In this document: one piece after another, positions 1 to 8,444 of the stretch
Numbering within the stretch: position 1 is the stretch's first letter
Layout of the letters: each line of letters opens with the position of its first letter
Assembly (NCBI GenBank): GCA_041300865.1
Contig: JBFYTF010000172.1
Span: forward strand, 113,754 to 177,753
Length of the DNA: 64,000 nucleotides
Source of the DNA: Anaerolineae bacterium
GTDB taxonomy: Bacteria > Chloroflexota > Anaerolineae > JAAYZQ01
Direction of reading: 5' to 3'
Notes under the pieces: generated by a model
Databases searched by the model: none
What the model saw: only the letters and a program-made list of their open reading frames with translations
Told to the model about the DNA's origin: nothing
Made by a program: the position numbers and the translations under genes

Positions 1-27
1 GGACGACGAGGAGGATATTGGGTTTTG

Positions 28-1686
28 TCATAAAAGCCCCTGGCGGCCCGCGCCCGACAAACGCTCGTGGCCGCGAGACATGGCCCCGGTCTCCGGGGTG
101 TGATCGGCGATGGCACCGCGGCTGCGCACCTCCTTACCGGCGAGGCACTCCAGGTCGTAGACCTGCACGGTGTACTCGTAGCTTGTACGCGCCTCGAACT
201 CCCGCACCAGGCAGCCGGACGCGAACAACTGCTCGTAGAAGAGCAGCTTGTCGGCATAGCGTGCCGGGTCCTTTCTGTACTGTGTCAAATAGTAGTGATG
301 CACCAAGATATACTCGAATCCCTCGTTCCAATACGCGGCCATGGACTTATCGGGTGGGGTTCCTGACTGGACGTGCAGGACAAAGGGGCTCTGGGCGACG
401 CCACGATACATCGGCTCCACGACGAGCCCTGTGCCGTCGGGCAAGTTTTGCAGCGCCCACTCGAAAGCCAGAACCCGGGGGCTGGGGGCCGCCCGCTGCC
501 AGGTGAGGAGTGACACCTGGTAGAGCGGCAAAGCCAGGGCGACAACCGCCAGGGACGCCACGATGGCCTGGCCGGCGGCCGGACGGGCAAACCGCTCGCT
601 GAGCCAGCGGGCCAGGGTGATGAGCCCGAAGGCGGCGAGTATGGCCAGCACGGGCAAGATCGCCAGTAGCCATCTCTCCCAATGCAGGGAAAAGAGGCTG
701 ATGGCGGCCAGGTACAGGACCAGGAACGCCAGGAGGAGCCAGCCTTTCTTGCTCTTTTGACGAACGACCAGGCCCGCGCCGAGCGCTGCCAACAGGCCGT
801 GCAGCCAGCTGACGTTTTTTGGTATCGCCGCGGCCAGGTACCATCTCAGGTTGCCCAGCGGCGACAGCCCGTCAAAGCCCAACTGCGCGTCCCTCGACTC
901 GTGGCTCAAGTTCTCGACGGTGGTGCGAAAGTCGAGCAGGGCAAACGGCGTGAAAAGGGCCAGGGCGGTCAGGGTCGCGCCCACCGACAGGGCGAGCTGA
1001 CCGAGAAGTGCCTTCCGGGCGGCAGCCGGACTTCCCTCTCTTCTTTGGAGCAGGTCGGCGAGGATCAGAATGGGCAGCAAGGAGAGAAGAAAGTAGCGGC
1101 TCGCCCCGGCCAGGCTAATGGCCGTGGCGGCCAGAAGCTTGCTGCCCACCGACGGCCGGTCGTAGTAGTTCAGGCAGGCCCACAGGCTGAGGATGCAGAA
1201 AAAGGTGCCGCTAGCGTCGGTGCGCACAAACTGGCTCCAGAAGATGGGCCAGGGATACGCGGCAAAGAATAGGACGGCCAGCAGCCCCACGCCGGCGCCA
1301 AAGGCCCTCTTGCCGCTGAGGTAGACCACGGGCAGGCTCAGCAGGGCATAGAGCACCGACAGGCTGCGGCCTGCAAGGTAAAACACAGGCCAGTGGTTCT
1401 GGAAGTTCAGCTGGAGGTTCGGATCGGACTGGAACAGCATGCCCCGATAGCGCACGAAGTTGAGGACGTGGAACATGGCGGCGAGAGGATAGATCGTTGT
1501 CGAGCCCGGGTTGCCAAACCATCGCGGATTCAGGTCGCCCTCCGCTGCCATGCGCACCGCCGGCACAACAAAGAGCTGCTCGTCGCCGGCGGGCATGTAG
1601 GGCAGCTCCTTGGAGATGCCCACCAGGCAGAGAACCAGGTACAGGAGGGTGATGGCCAGGAGGACGGCGGCCGTTTTCCTAGTCAC
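28..1686 (-). CDS. Polytopic membrane glycosyltransferase, GT-C fold (GT39/PMT_2/ArnT-like)
   Basis: 552-aa ORF that is hydrophobic throughout, with many TM segments. It has an acidic motif 'AGDEQLF' in the first predicted outer loop, as in ArnT/PMT-type enzymes. The GTG start overlaps the stop of the upstream GT4 gene (GTGACTAG). It is the last gene of a minus-strand operon. Confidence 0.65.
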   Translation of the reverse strand: MTRKTAAVLLAITLLYLVLCLVGISKELPYMPAGDEQLFVVPAVRMAAEGDLNPRWFGNPGSTTIYPLAAMFHVLNFVRYRGMLFQSDPNLQLNFQNHWPVFYLAGRSLSVLYALLSLPVVYLSGKRAFGAGVGLLAVLFFAAYPWPIFWSQFVRTDASGTFFCILSLWACLNYYDRPSVGSKLLAATAISLAGASRYFLLSLLPILILADLLQRREGSPAAARKALLGQLALSVGATLTALALFTPFALLDFRTTVENLSHESRDAQLGFDGLSPLGNLRWYLAAAIPKNVSWLHGLLAALGAGLVVRQKSKKGWLLLAFLVLYLAAISLFSLHWERWLLAILPVLAILAAFGLITLARWLSERFARPAAGQAIVASLAVVALALPLYQVSLLTWQRAAPSPRVLAFEWALQNLPDGTGLVVEPMYRGVAQSPFVLHVQSGTPPDKSMAAYWNEGFEYILVHHYYLTQYRKDPARYADKLLFYEQLFASGCLVREFEARTSYEYTVQVYDLECLAGKEVRSRGAIADHTPETGAMSRGHERLSGAGRQGLL

Positions 1687-2911
1687 GGCGGCGCTTCCCC
1701 TTGATGCCGGGCGCGGTCTCGTACAGGCGGATAATCTCCGGGGCCAGTGAGGTCCAATAGTATGCCTCTCGTTGCCGGCCGGCTCCCGCGGACAGGCTCG
1801 CCGCCAAGTCCGGGTCGGCCAGCAACCGGTCGAGGCCTTCGGCTAGGGCCGAGGCGTTGCCGGGCGCCACGAGCACGCCTGCCTGCCCGCCGGCCAGGGT
1901 CTCGCGGCGGTCACCCACGTCGCCCGTGACGACAGGGATGCCCATGGCCAGGCTCTCTACGATCTTCAGCGGCGCGCGAGCCCGCGAGACGAGGTCGTCG
2001 CGCACCGGATCGACGGTACACGTTGCCAGCGAGATCGCCGCCGGGACCACGCTCGCGGGCACCCAGCCGGCAAAACGCACTGCGTCCTCCAGCCCGAGCG
2101 CCGCTGCCTGGCCCTGGAGCCGCGCCCTGTCCTCACCCCCGCCGGCAATGAGGAGCACAGCCCGGCGGTGACGGGGCAGCAGCTGGGCAAAGGCCTCCAG
2201 CAAGAGGTCGATGGCGTGCCCGGTCAGGCTGAGGCTGCCAACGTAGGCCACGACCGGCCGGCCCTCCAGGCCCCAACGGTGGCGCAGCGCCTCCACCTCG
2301 TCCGGCCGAGGTGGAGCGAAACGGTCCCGGTCGATGCCGTTGGGCACGAAGGCCATCCTCTCGGGGGCGACACCCTGGCGCAAGTAGCGCTCCGCGGTGA
2401 ATCGTGTGTTCACCGTCAGTCCTGTGGCAAAGCGGGGCAGGCCATCTTCGAAGAGGACGACGGCGCGACGCAGCCAGGCATGGGCAAAGCGGTTGCTCTC
2501 GGCCTCGTAGTCGTCGCAGTCGAGGTAGAGATCCCGGCCGCGCAGCAGGCGCCCGCCGGCCAACGCGGCCAGCCCGTTAACCGGCTGTGGCTTGCCGACG
2601 TGGACCAGATCGCACGGCAGCCTGGCCGCCTCAACCAACATCCGCACTGTGGCGGCCAGTGTGACCCGCAACAGAGCAGGCGTGGAGAAATAGAACTTTT
2701 CACTGCCCACTTTCCGCACGTTCATCTGGCCCACATAACGGACCTGGACTCCGTCCCGTTCGAACCGGCGCGGAGTCCTGCGCTGCAGGTCGTGGTGCAG
2801 CGCCAACAGCGTGACCTGGTGCCCGCAGCCCACAAGGGCTTTCGCCATGGGCAGGTAACGCAGCCCGGCCGGGCTCTCCAGGCTGGCAGTGGTCATCAAG
2901 ACGATGTTCAT
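1679..2911 (-). CDS. Glycosyltransferase family 4 (GT-B, retaining)
   Basis: 410-aa ORF with ATG at 2911. The N-terminus MNIVLMTT...GLRYLPMAKAL and the C-terminal 'ESLAMGIPVV' EX7E-type region are typical of GT4. Its start overlaps the stop of the upstream gene. Confidence 0.85.
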   Translation of the reverse strand: MNIVLMTTASLESPAGLRYLPMAKALVGCGHQVTLLALHHDLQRRTPRRFERDGVQVRYVGQMNVRKVGSEKFYFSTPALLRVTLAATVRMLVEAARLPCDLVHVGKPQPVNGLAALAGGRLLRGRDLYLDCDDYEAESNRFAHAWLRRAVVLFEDGLPRFATGLTVNTRFTAERYLRQGVAPERMAFVPNGIDRDRFAPPRPDEVEALRHRWGLEGRPVVAYVGSLSLTGHAIDLLLEAFAQLLPRHRRAVLLIAGGGEDRARLQGQAAALGLEDAVRFAGWVPASVVPAAISLATCTVDPVRDDLVSRARAPLKIVESLAMGIPVVTGDVGDRRETLAGGQAGVLVAPGNASALAEGLDRLLADPDLAASLSAGAGRQREAYYWTSLAPEIIRLYETAPGIKGKRRRD

Positions 2912-4065
2912 GTCCGGGCCAGCTCCTCGATGGTGGCTTCCATCCGCTCCCAGGAAAAGCGCTCCCGCCTTGATTGGATGTTGGCCCGCATGCCGGGGCC
3001 CAGGTCCCGCCGGTAAAAGTCCAGGATACCGGCCGCTAGCTCCTCGCTGCTGCAGGGCGCCGTCAGCAGGCCGGTCAAGCCATCTTCCACCACCTCGGGC
3101 AACCCGCCGACTCTCGTGGTCAAGACTGGGAGCCCGTGACCAAAGGCGAGGGGCACGATGGCGCTTTGCGTTGCGTCGACGTAGGGCAGAACCATAAGGT
3201 CTGCCGCAGCCAGGTAGGGCTCCAGCTCCTCATCGGGCACGTAGCGGTTGGCTATTGTCACCCGCTCTCGCAAGCCCAACCGCTCGATCTGTTGCAGGTA
3301 GGGCGCCGGGTCGTCCCAGAACTCGCCGGCGACCACCAAGTGGACATCCAGGTCGCCGAGGACGCGGGGCAGAGCGTCGATCAGATAGGTAAGGCCCTTG
3401 TACTGGCGCACAAAGCCGAAAAACAGGAGGACACGTGCACCCTCGTCCAAGCCCAGCGTGGCTCGCGCCTGACCCGGCGACAGCCCCCTGCCCGCCAGCT
3501 TCTCGTAGCTCGGCAGCACCGTACGACGAACTCTCGCGCCGGGCAGCAGCCGCTCCAGATCCAGGCGGTCTCGCTCCGAGTGGACGACAAACGCGTCGCC
3601 TTGCCCGAGCACCCAACGCGCCAGGCGCCCGCTGCTCCATGTTGCCTCGTGAGGCAGCACGTTATGGCAGACAAACAGCACCCGTGCATTGGACCAGCGC
3701 CGGGCATAGTGGGCGATCGTCCAGAGCGTGGGGGCCCAAAACGGATGCCACCATTGGATCACGAGGACGTCGGGGGCCAGGGACTGGATCCGCCGGGCAG
3801 CCGTGAACCACGTCCGGGGCGACAGGGGGTCGATGATCCGCTCGGCGGCCACGGTCTGAGGCTGCTTGCTGGGGTCCCGGTCCGTGTGCCCGGGGAAGAG
3901 CCAGGCCGGGTACTGCCGCCGGAAGGTAAGGAGGTGCACCTGGTGCCGTTCGGTGAGCTGCTGGCCGAGCAGGGTGGTGTAGTGGGCGATGCCGCCGCGA
4001 AAGGGATAGGTGGGACCTATGAGCACGCAGTTCATCGCTTGCTTGCCGCTTTGCGGGCGGCTCAT
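2908..4065 (-). CDS. Glycosyltransferase family 4
   Basis: The GT4-like part starts at [20 protein letters not shown] (ATG 4035). An ATG at 4065 forms an ATGA overlap with the stop of the upstream GT2 gene. The ORF-track extension to 4608 runs antisense-overlapped through the GT2 gene, is Arg/Pro-rich, and is rejected. The C-terminal '[15 protein letters not shown]' motif is typical of GT4. Confidence 0.8.
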   Translation of the reverse strand: MSRPQSGKQAMNCVLIGPTYPFRGGIAHYTTLLGQQLTERHQVHLLTFRRQYPAWLFPGHTDRDPSKQPQTVAAERIIDPLSPRTWFTAARRIQSLAPDVLVIQWWHPFWAPTLWTIAHYARRWSNARVLFVCHNVLPHEATWSSGRLARWVLGQGDAFVVHSERDRLDLERLLPGARVRRTVLPSYEKLAGRGLSPGQARATLGLDEGARVLLFFGFVRQYKGLTYLIDALPRVLGDLDVHLVVAGEFWDDPAPYLQQIERLGLRERVTIANRYVPDEELEPYLAAADLMVLPYVDATQSAIVPLAFGHGLPVLTTRVGGLPEVVEDGLTGLLTAPCSSEELAAGILDFYRRDLGPGMRANIQSRRERFSWERMEATIEELART

Positions 4066-5024
4066 TCCTTCCTGTCCCGCTCGCGGTCGAGTTCCATGCG
4101 GCGGAGTCGATAGAGCGTCTCCTCCAGGATCCTGCGATTGAAACGGATGAGATCGGCCATGAGGCCGATGAGACACACCTGGAAGCCGACGATGGACAGA
4201 ATTGCGGCCAGGATCAGCGACTGCAGATTGCCCGTTGCCCCTCCCCGGGTCACAAACAAATAGAGAAAGCGCAGGCCAAGAAACACCCCGGCGGCGATCA
4301 TCACCGTTCCAACACCCAGGAAGACGCGCAGGGGGCGGTAGAGGCCGTACGTGCGCAGGATGATCAGGCTCGACTGGGTCAGGTACTCGGGCAGGCTGCG
4401 GATGAGGCGCGAGGGCCGGGTCTGCGGATTGGTGCGCACCGGCACGTAGGCGATGGCCATCTCGCAGGCGCCCGCCTGGATGAGTGACTCTAGCGTGTAA
4501 GAGTACTTGCTCAGGATCAGGGTGCGCAGGGCGGCTTCGCGGGTGAGTGCCCGGAAGCCGCTGGTGGCGTCGGGGACGTCGATGCCGGCTGCCTGCTGCA
4601 CTACCCAACTCCCAAAGCGCTGCAGGCCTCTCTTGATTGGGGTAAAGTGGGCGATGGTGGCTACCCCCCGGTCTCCGACGACGATGTCAGCCTGGCCGGC
4701 CATGACGGGCGCCACCAGGCGCTCTACGTCTTCACCCCGGTACTGGTTGTCGCCGTCGGTGTTGACGATGATGTCGGCATCGAAGCCCAGGGCGCTTTCG
4801 AGTCCAGTCAGAAAGGCTTTGGTCAGGCCCCGGTTGCGGTGAAGGCGCACCACGTGATCGACGCCGAGCGCTTCCGCCAACTCGGCCGTCCCATCCGTGC
4901 TCCCATCGTCCACGACCAACACCTCGATGCGGTCGATCCCCGGCAGCGTGCGCGGCAGGTCCTGGAGGGTTCGAGGCAAGGTGTCTGCTTCGTTAAAGCA
5001 CGGAATCTGGATTACGAGTTTCAT
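4062..5024 (-). CDS. GT2 glycosyltransferase, polyprenyl-phosphate sugar synthase-like (DPM1/GtrB/ArnC-like) with C-terminal TM helices
   Basis: [16 protein letters not shown]...[10 protein letters not shown]...TDGDNQY are the GT-A DXD-type motifs. Two hydrophobic helices lie near the C-terminus ([37 protein letters not shown]). The RBS is AGAGGGA, located before the ATG at 5024. Confidence 0.8.
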   Translation of the reverse strand: MKLVIQIPCFNEADTLPRTLQDLPRTLPGIDRIEVLVVDDGSTDGTAELAEALGVDHVVRLHRNRGLTKAFLTGLESALGFDADIIVNTDGDNQYRGEDVERLVAPVMAGQADIVVGDRGVATIAHFTPIKRGLQRFGSWVVQQAAGIDVPDATSGFRALTREAALRTLILSKYSYTLESLIQAGACEMAIAYVPVRTNPQTRPSRLIRSLPEYLTQSSLIILRTYGLYRPLRVFLGVGTVMIAAGVFLGLRFLYLFVTRGGATGNLQSLILAAILSIVGFQVCLIGLMADLIRFNRRILEETLYRLRRMELDRERDRKE

Positions 5025-5457
5025 ACCGTTGTCCCTCTTGGCCTCCCGCGGTTCTCGCCGCACGCTATCCTACCACGACCCGTGCCCGATGCCAAATCCT
5101 TGCGCGGGCCGTACTGGACTAGCCGTTGTCGGGCGCGTCGACGCGGTAGAGCTCTTCCCGTTCCCGGACATGCTGGGCCAGGTTGGCACAGCGGTCCGCC
5201 AGGGGCGCGCCGCGGCACGCTGCGGATCTGCTCCAGCGGCACGCCGTTCTCGAGTACCACGAAACGTTCGGCGGGGAATCCGCCGCGGCGGGGCAGCGCA
5301 CGGAAAAGTCGGGGGGCGAGGGGTAGTCCTCGTTGGTCACCAGCAGCGTGACGTCATGTGCCTGGCTCACAGTGCGGGCAAACTCCCAGTAGCGGATGGC
5401 GGGTCCCATCCGCTGCTCATCCAGGGGCAGGGGCGAGATCAGCAGGATGTCAGCCAA
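5021..5457 (-). pseudogene. Probable degraded GT4 glycosyltransferase remnant
   Basis: A TTG at 5457 opens 'ADILLISPLPLDEQRMGPAIRYWEFARTVSQAHDVTLLVTNEDYPSPP', a typical GT4 N-terminus. The frame then becomes non-protein-like. A different frame reads 'GFPAERFVVLENGVPLEQIRSV' (GT4 mid-region 'NGV' motif), and the first frame resumes with 'LAQHVREREELYRVDAPDNG*'. About 140 codons expected between these pieces are absent. Confidence 0.4.
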
Positions 5458-5547
5458 GCCCGTCCCCTGAGCCCTGCCCCTTTGGCCCCGATTCCACGTC
5501 TGTGGAGCACGTGCTGCTCTGTGCCAGAGTTTGTCATCACGGCAGTG

Positions 5548-5576
5548 ATTATAGCATCCCCGGCAGCACTTTCCAA
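5548..5576 (-). promoter_or_regulatory. Sigma70-type promoter, minus strand (cassette copy 1)
   Basis: The minus strand reads TTGGAA-17 nt-TATAAT with TGC immediately 5' of the -10 (extended -10). It points toward the GT remnant and GT operon. Confidence 0.55.
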
Positions 5577-5617
5577 ATGGCCTTCCGAACACGGCACCCA
5601 CCTGTTGCGGCTGCTCC

Positions 5618-5646
5618 TTGGCACTGACTCGCACTTGTGCTATAAT
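5618..5646 (+). promoter_or_regulatory. Sigma70-type promoter, plus strand (cassette copy 1)
   Basis: TTGGCA-17 nt-TATAAT with the extended -10 TGTGCTATAAT. It lies ~85 nt upstream of the ATG at 5731. Confidence 0.6.
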
Positions 5647-5730
5647 GCCGTCTGCGTTCCGGCAGGCAGGCGGAGCGGTGCCACGATTGTCTGCCCAGTG
5701 GATCTGCCTGTTTGCTTGTGCCCTGAGCGG

Positions 5731-7290
5731 ATGTACGGACCAAGGACCTTGGAGGGTGTCTTGCAGAAAACTATGGCCTTGTGCGTGGCCGCCGCATTGC
5801 TGGCCTACGCCGTCCTGGGCTGTACCCCGCGGCTGAGCTCCACGCCGGTGCCTGCTTCTGCCGTGCCGGTCACGATGGCTGCCGCCGCCGCTTCGCCCAC
5901 GGCCACTTCCCCGGCAACTCGCACGGCCCGGCCGCTGCCCACGGCGACGCCTCTTCCGACCCGCACGGCCCGGCCGCTGCCCACGGCGACGCCTCTTCCG
6001 ACCGGCACGGCTCGGCCGCTGGCCACGGCGCTCCCCTCTCCCTCCCCGGTGCCGCCCGCCTCGATCTTTGGCATGCACATGGACAAAGTCTCGGCCGGCA
6101 GCGGGCTCGACCTGGCCGTCGATGCCGGATTGCACTGGGTGCGCTTCCTGACGCTGGAGTGGGACAAGATTGAGCCGGTGCGCACCGATCCACCCACCTA
6201 CCACTGGGAGGCCGTGGACGAGGCCGGCCTCCTCGAGGCTGCCGGGCGGGGGCTAGAAGTCATTGCCCTGGTGCAATTCACCCCGGAATGGGCGCAGGCG
6301 GTCCCTGGCTCGTTCTGTGGTCCCGTCGACACCCAGGCCCTGCCGGATCTGGGCCGCTTTCTGCGGGATGCCGTGGCCCGCTACAGCCCTCCTCCCTACA
6401 ACGTGCGCTATTGGGAACTGGGCAACGAGCCCGATGTGGACCCGAGCCTCGTCCCGGCTCGTTCAGTGTTTGGTTGCTGGGGAAACCTCGCCGACGAGTA
6501 TTACGGCGGGCGCGAGTATGCCGAAATGCTCAAAGTTGCTTATCCTGCCATCAAGGCCCAGGACGAGAGGGCCTTGGTGCTCAACGGCGGCCTGCTCCTG
6601 GACCGGCCCTCGGGGGGCAATGACTCCCACCCTCGTTTCCTGGAGGGCATCCTCGAAGGTGGGGGCGGCGACTATTTCGATATCTTGAGCTTTCACGCCT
6701 ACAGCTACTACCGCGCCGCTACCGGCCAGATTGGCATCCCTGCCTGGCCCGGCTCGCCGACTGTCATGCCGGCCAAAGCGGCCTTCATCCGTGAGCTACT
6801 TGCGCGCTATGGACATGGCGACAAGCCACTCATGAACACCGAGTCTGCCCTGATGTGCGGCGAGGCCAGCCCCGAATGCCTGGAGGCACAGGCTGCCTAT
6901 CCGGCCCGCAGCTATGCGGAAGCCGCGGCCCTCGGGTTAGTGGCCCAGATCCATTACGCCTGGATCAACGAGCACTGGCGGTACACCGGCCTGGTGCTGC
7001 CCGATCTGGAGCCCAAGCCCGCGTACTATGGCTACAAGGTGGCTTCTTCCTTCCTGGCGGGGGCTGCCTACCGCAGCCCGGCGGCGGGGTATCCCGCCGG
7101 AGTCGAGGGCGCGACCTTTGCTGCGCTGGGGGCGCTGGTAGACGTCGTCTGGTCGCAGGACGGACGGCCGCGGGAAGTTGATCTGCCCAAAAACGCGTCC
7201 GTCTTTGACCACTACGGCCGGCCTGTCTCGGCCGATAGCTCCCTCGTCCTCGACGGCGATCCCATCTATATCGTCCGGCAAGACGGGTAA
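5731..7290 (+). CDS. Secreted (lipo)protein, clan GH-A (beta/alpha)8 glycoside-hydrolase-like, paralog group I
   Basis: The N-terminus has a basic n-region, a hydrophobic core and 'AVLGC'. A Pro/Thr repeat linker follows. Motifs 'RYWELGNEPD' (acid/base NEP motif), 'FDILSFHAY' and 'PLMNTESA' (candidate nucleophile Glu) are present. The alternative start is ATG 5773. The ORF-track start at 4897 is rejected. Confidence 0.75.
   Translation: MYGPRTLEGVLQKTMALCVAAALLAYAVLGCTPRLSSTPVPASAVPVTMAAAAASPTATSPATRTARPLPTATPLPTRTARPLPTATPLPTGTARPLATALPSPSPVPPASIFGMHMDKVSAGSGLDLAVDAGLHWVRFLTLEWDKIEPVRTDPPTYHWEAVDEAGLLEAAGRGLEVIALVQFTPEWAQAVPGSFCGPVDTQALPDLGRFLRDAVARYSPPPYNVRYWELGNEPDVDPSLVPARSVFGCWGNLADEYYGGREYAEMLKVAYPAIKAQDERALVLNGGLLLDRPSGGNDSHPRFLEGILEGGGGDYFDILSFHAYSYYRAATGQIGIPAWPGSPTVMPAKAAFIRELLARYGHGDKPLMNTESALMCGEASPECLEAQAAYPARSYAEAAALGLVAQIHYAWINEHWRYTGLVLPDLEPKPAYYGYKVASSFLAGAAYRSPAAGYPAGVEGATFAALGALVDVVWSQDGRPREVDLPKNASVFDHYGRPVSADSSLVLDGDPIYIVRQDG
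5917..6042 (+). repeat. 42-bp tandem repeat x3 encoding TRTARPLPTATPLP units
   Basis: The units are 5917-5958, 5959-6000 (near identical) and 6001-6042 (diverged). All are in frame within the linker of the 5731 gene. Confidence 0.85.
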
Positions 7291-7307
7291 TCTCCGCGGC
7301 GAGGGTC

Positions 7308-8036
7308 CTATTCGTCTTTCGCCGTGAGCCTGCGCGCCACCTGCCAGATCAGAACCAGCAGGAGCACGGTGTAGACGACGGCCAAGCCCACGTAAAAGCC
7401 CTTGGTACCCAGGATGTACGGCCGGCCCTGGGTCAGACGGTTCAGGAGCAGACCGATTTTGTCCCGCGTGCGGAGGGAATAGCGCGTCTGGAAGACCAGG
7501 TTGCCCGTGACCTGCTGGCCGTCGATATAGGCGCCGGCACCGTCCAGTACCGATGCCGGGCCGTAGACGACCCGGACGGCCTCGTCCGGCCGCGACACCG
7601 GCGATTCCAGGAAGAAGTAGAACGTCTGCCCCTCCGAGTCACGCACCGGCTCGAACTCGAAGGCGTACGGTACACCGGCAGTGATCTGACCGGGGTCGAT
7701 CGTCTCCGTCCAGAGGTCAGAGGTGGCATCCACCCCCGCCCGTAGGTGAAAGGTGAGCGGCTCCGCGGCACCCGTCGCCGGGGGCTGGAGTGCTACCTCG
7801 ATACGGTACAGGCCGGGCAGGGGCGCAGTCCAGGCCTGGCCCACTTGCGTGCTGCCCACCAGCTCCGGAGACAGGTCACCGCCCGCCGAGTTGCCCCAAG
7901 GCGGGGCCGTGAGACGATCGAGGCCGGACTTGGCGACGACGAGCAGCGCGACCAGCCACACCGCCAGCAGTGGCGTCACCACTACCGCGGCCAGGCTGGT
8001 CAGGGTCTCTCGTTTCGGCGGTACATCGTCATCCAT
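7308..8036 (-). CDS. Hypothetical bitopic membrane protein with beta-rich ectodomain
   Basis: 242 aa from ATG 8036 (MDDDVPPKRE). There is one TM helix near the N-terminus (LAAVVVTPLLAVWLVALLVV) and one at the C-terminus (FYVGLAVVYTVLLLVLIW). I recognise no family. The gene is divergent from the 1041-aa membrane protein gene. Confidence 0.6.
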   Translation of the reverse strand: MDDDVPPKRETLTSLAAVVVTPLLAVWLVALLVVAKSGLDRLTAPPWGNSAGGDLSPELVGSTQVGQAWTAPLPGLYRIEVALQPPATGAAEPLTFHLRAGVDATSDLWTETIDPGQITAGVPYAFEFEPVRDSEGQTFYFFLESPVSRPDEAVRVVYGPASVLDGAGAYIDGQQVTGNLVFQTRYSLRTRDKIGLLLNRLTQGRPYILGTKGFYVGLAVVYTVLLLVLIWQVARRLTAKDE

Positions 8037-8140
8037 AGTGGCTGCCGGCCTGTCTGAGCCTGGCCCAACTCCTTTCTCCCCGGATGGCAAGAGTCTGCAC
8101 AACGCGTGGTGCCCCCGTGGAGTTTGCCTTCACAGCATAG

Positions 8141-8169
8141 ATTATAGCAGTCGTGGCAACACTTTCCAA
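8141..8169 (-). promoter_or_regulatory. Sigma70-type promoter, minus strand (cassette copy 2)
   Basis: The minus strand reads TTGGAA-17-TATAAT with TGC upstream. It is homologous to 5548-5576. Confidence 0.55.
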
Positions 8170-8211
8170 ATGGCCTGGCGAGCGTGTCGCCCACCAGGCT
8201 GCGGGTGCTCC

Positions 8212-8240
8212 TTGGCACGCGCAGGCACTTGTGCTATAAT
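8212..8240 (+). promoter_or_regulatory. Sigma70-type promoter, plus strand (cassette copy 2)
   Basis: TTGGCA-17-TATAAT with TGTGC upstream. It is homologous to 5618-5646. Confidence 0.6.
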
Positions 8241-8444
8241 GCCGTCTACGTTCCGGCAGGCAGCCGGAGCGGCGGCAGGAGGCGTTTTCCTCCTGCACCA
8301 TGAACTGCGACCTTGAGGGCAAGCTGCAATCGTGAATGGCACTTGGGCCGGCCAGTGTGCCTGCTTGTGGAATAGCGAGGAAATCGGTGCGAGGGTGAAG
8401 CGGAACTCGCACCTGAGCCCGGATATCACCTGCTGCCGCCAGCT

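Noticed and set aside
2908-4608. N-terminal extensions offered by the ORF track for several genes (2908-4608, 4897-7290, 16044-17792, 35701-36960, 43202-44521, 45133-47058, 56101-59013, 62046-63440, 22636-23364, 19336-22230).
   Set aside because: The extensions overlap upstream genes, tRNAs or promoters and are low-complexity. Internal starts with SD-like sequences or stop/start overlaps give N-termini typical of the families.
5689-5722. A second conserved leader block (CCAGTG..TGCCTG..CTTGTG) shared with 8352-8370.
   Set aside because: The two copies share only short hexamer-level matches with different spacing, and the two blocks sit at different distances from their TSSs. This could be chance. 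It is not counted as part of the duplicated cassette.
5618-5836. 72-aa ORF containing a lipobox-like 'FACALSGC'.
   Set aside because: It begins at the -35 box of the plus-strand promoter, so its 5' end lies upstream of the predicted TSS. It is out of frame with the well-supported hydrolase gene it overlaps, and it has no RBS.
8300-8335. 11-codon upstream ORF (MNCDLEGKLQS) after the leader hairpin of the 1041-aa protein gene.
   Set aside because: The only SD-like sequence (AGGAGG) is 17 nt away and sequestered in the hairpin. There is no counterpart in cassette copy 1. Too speculative.
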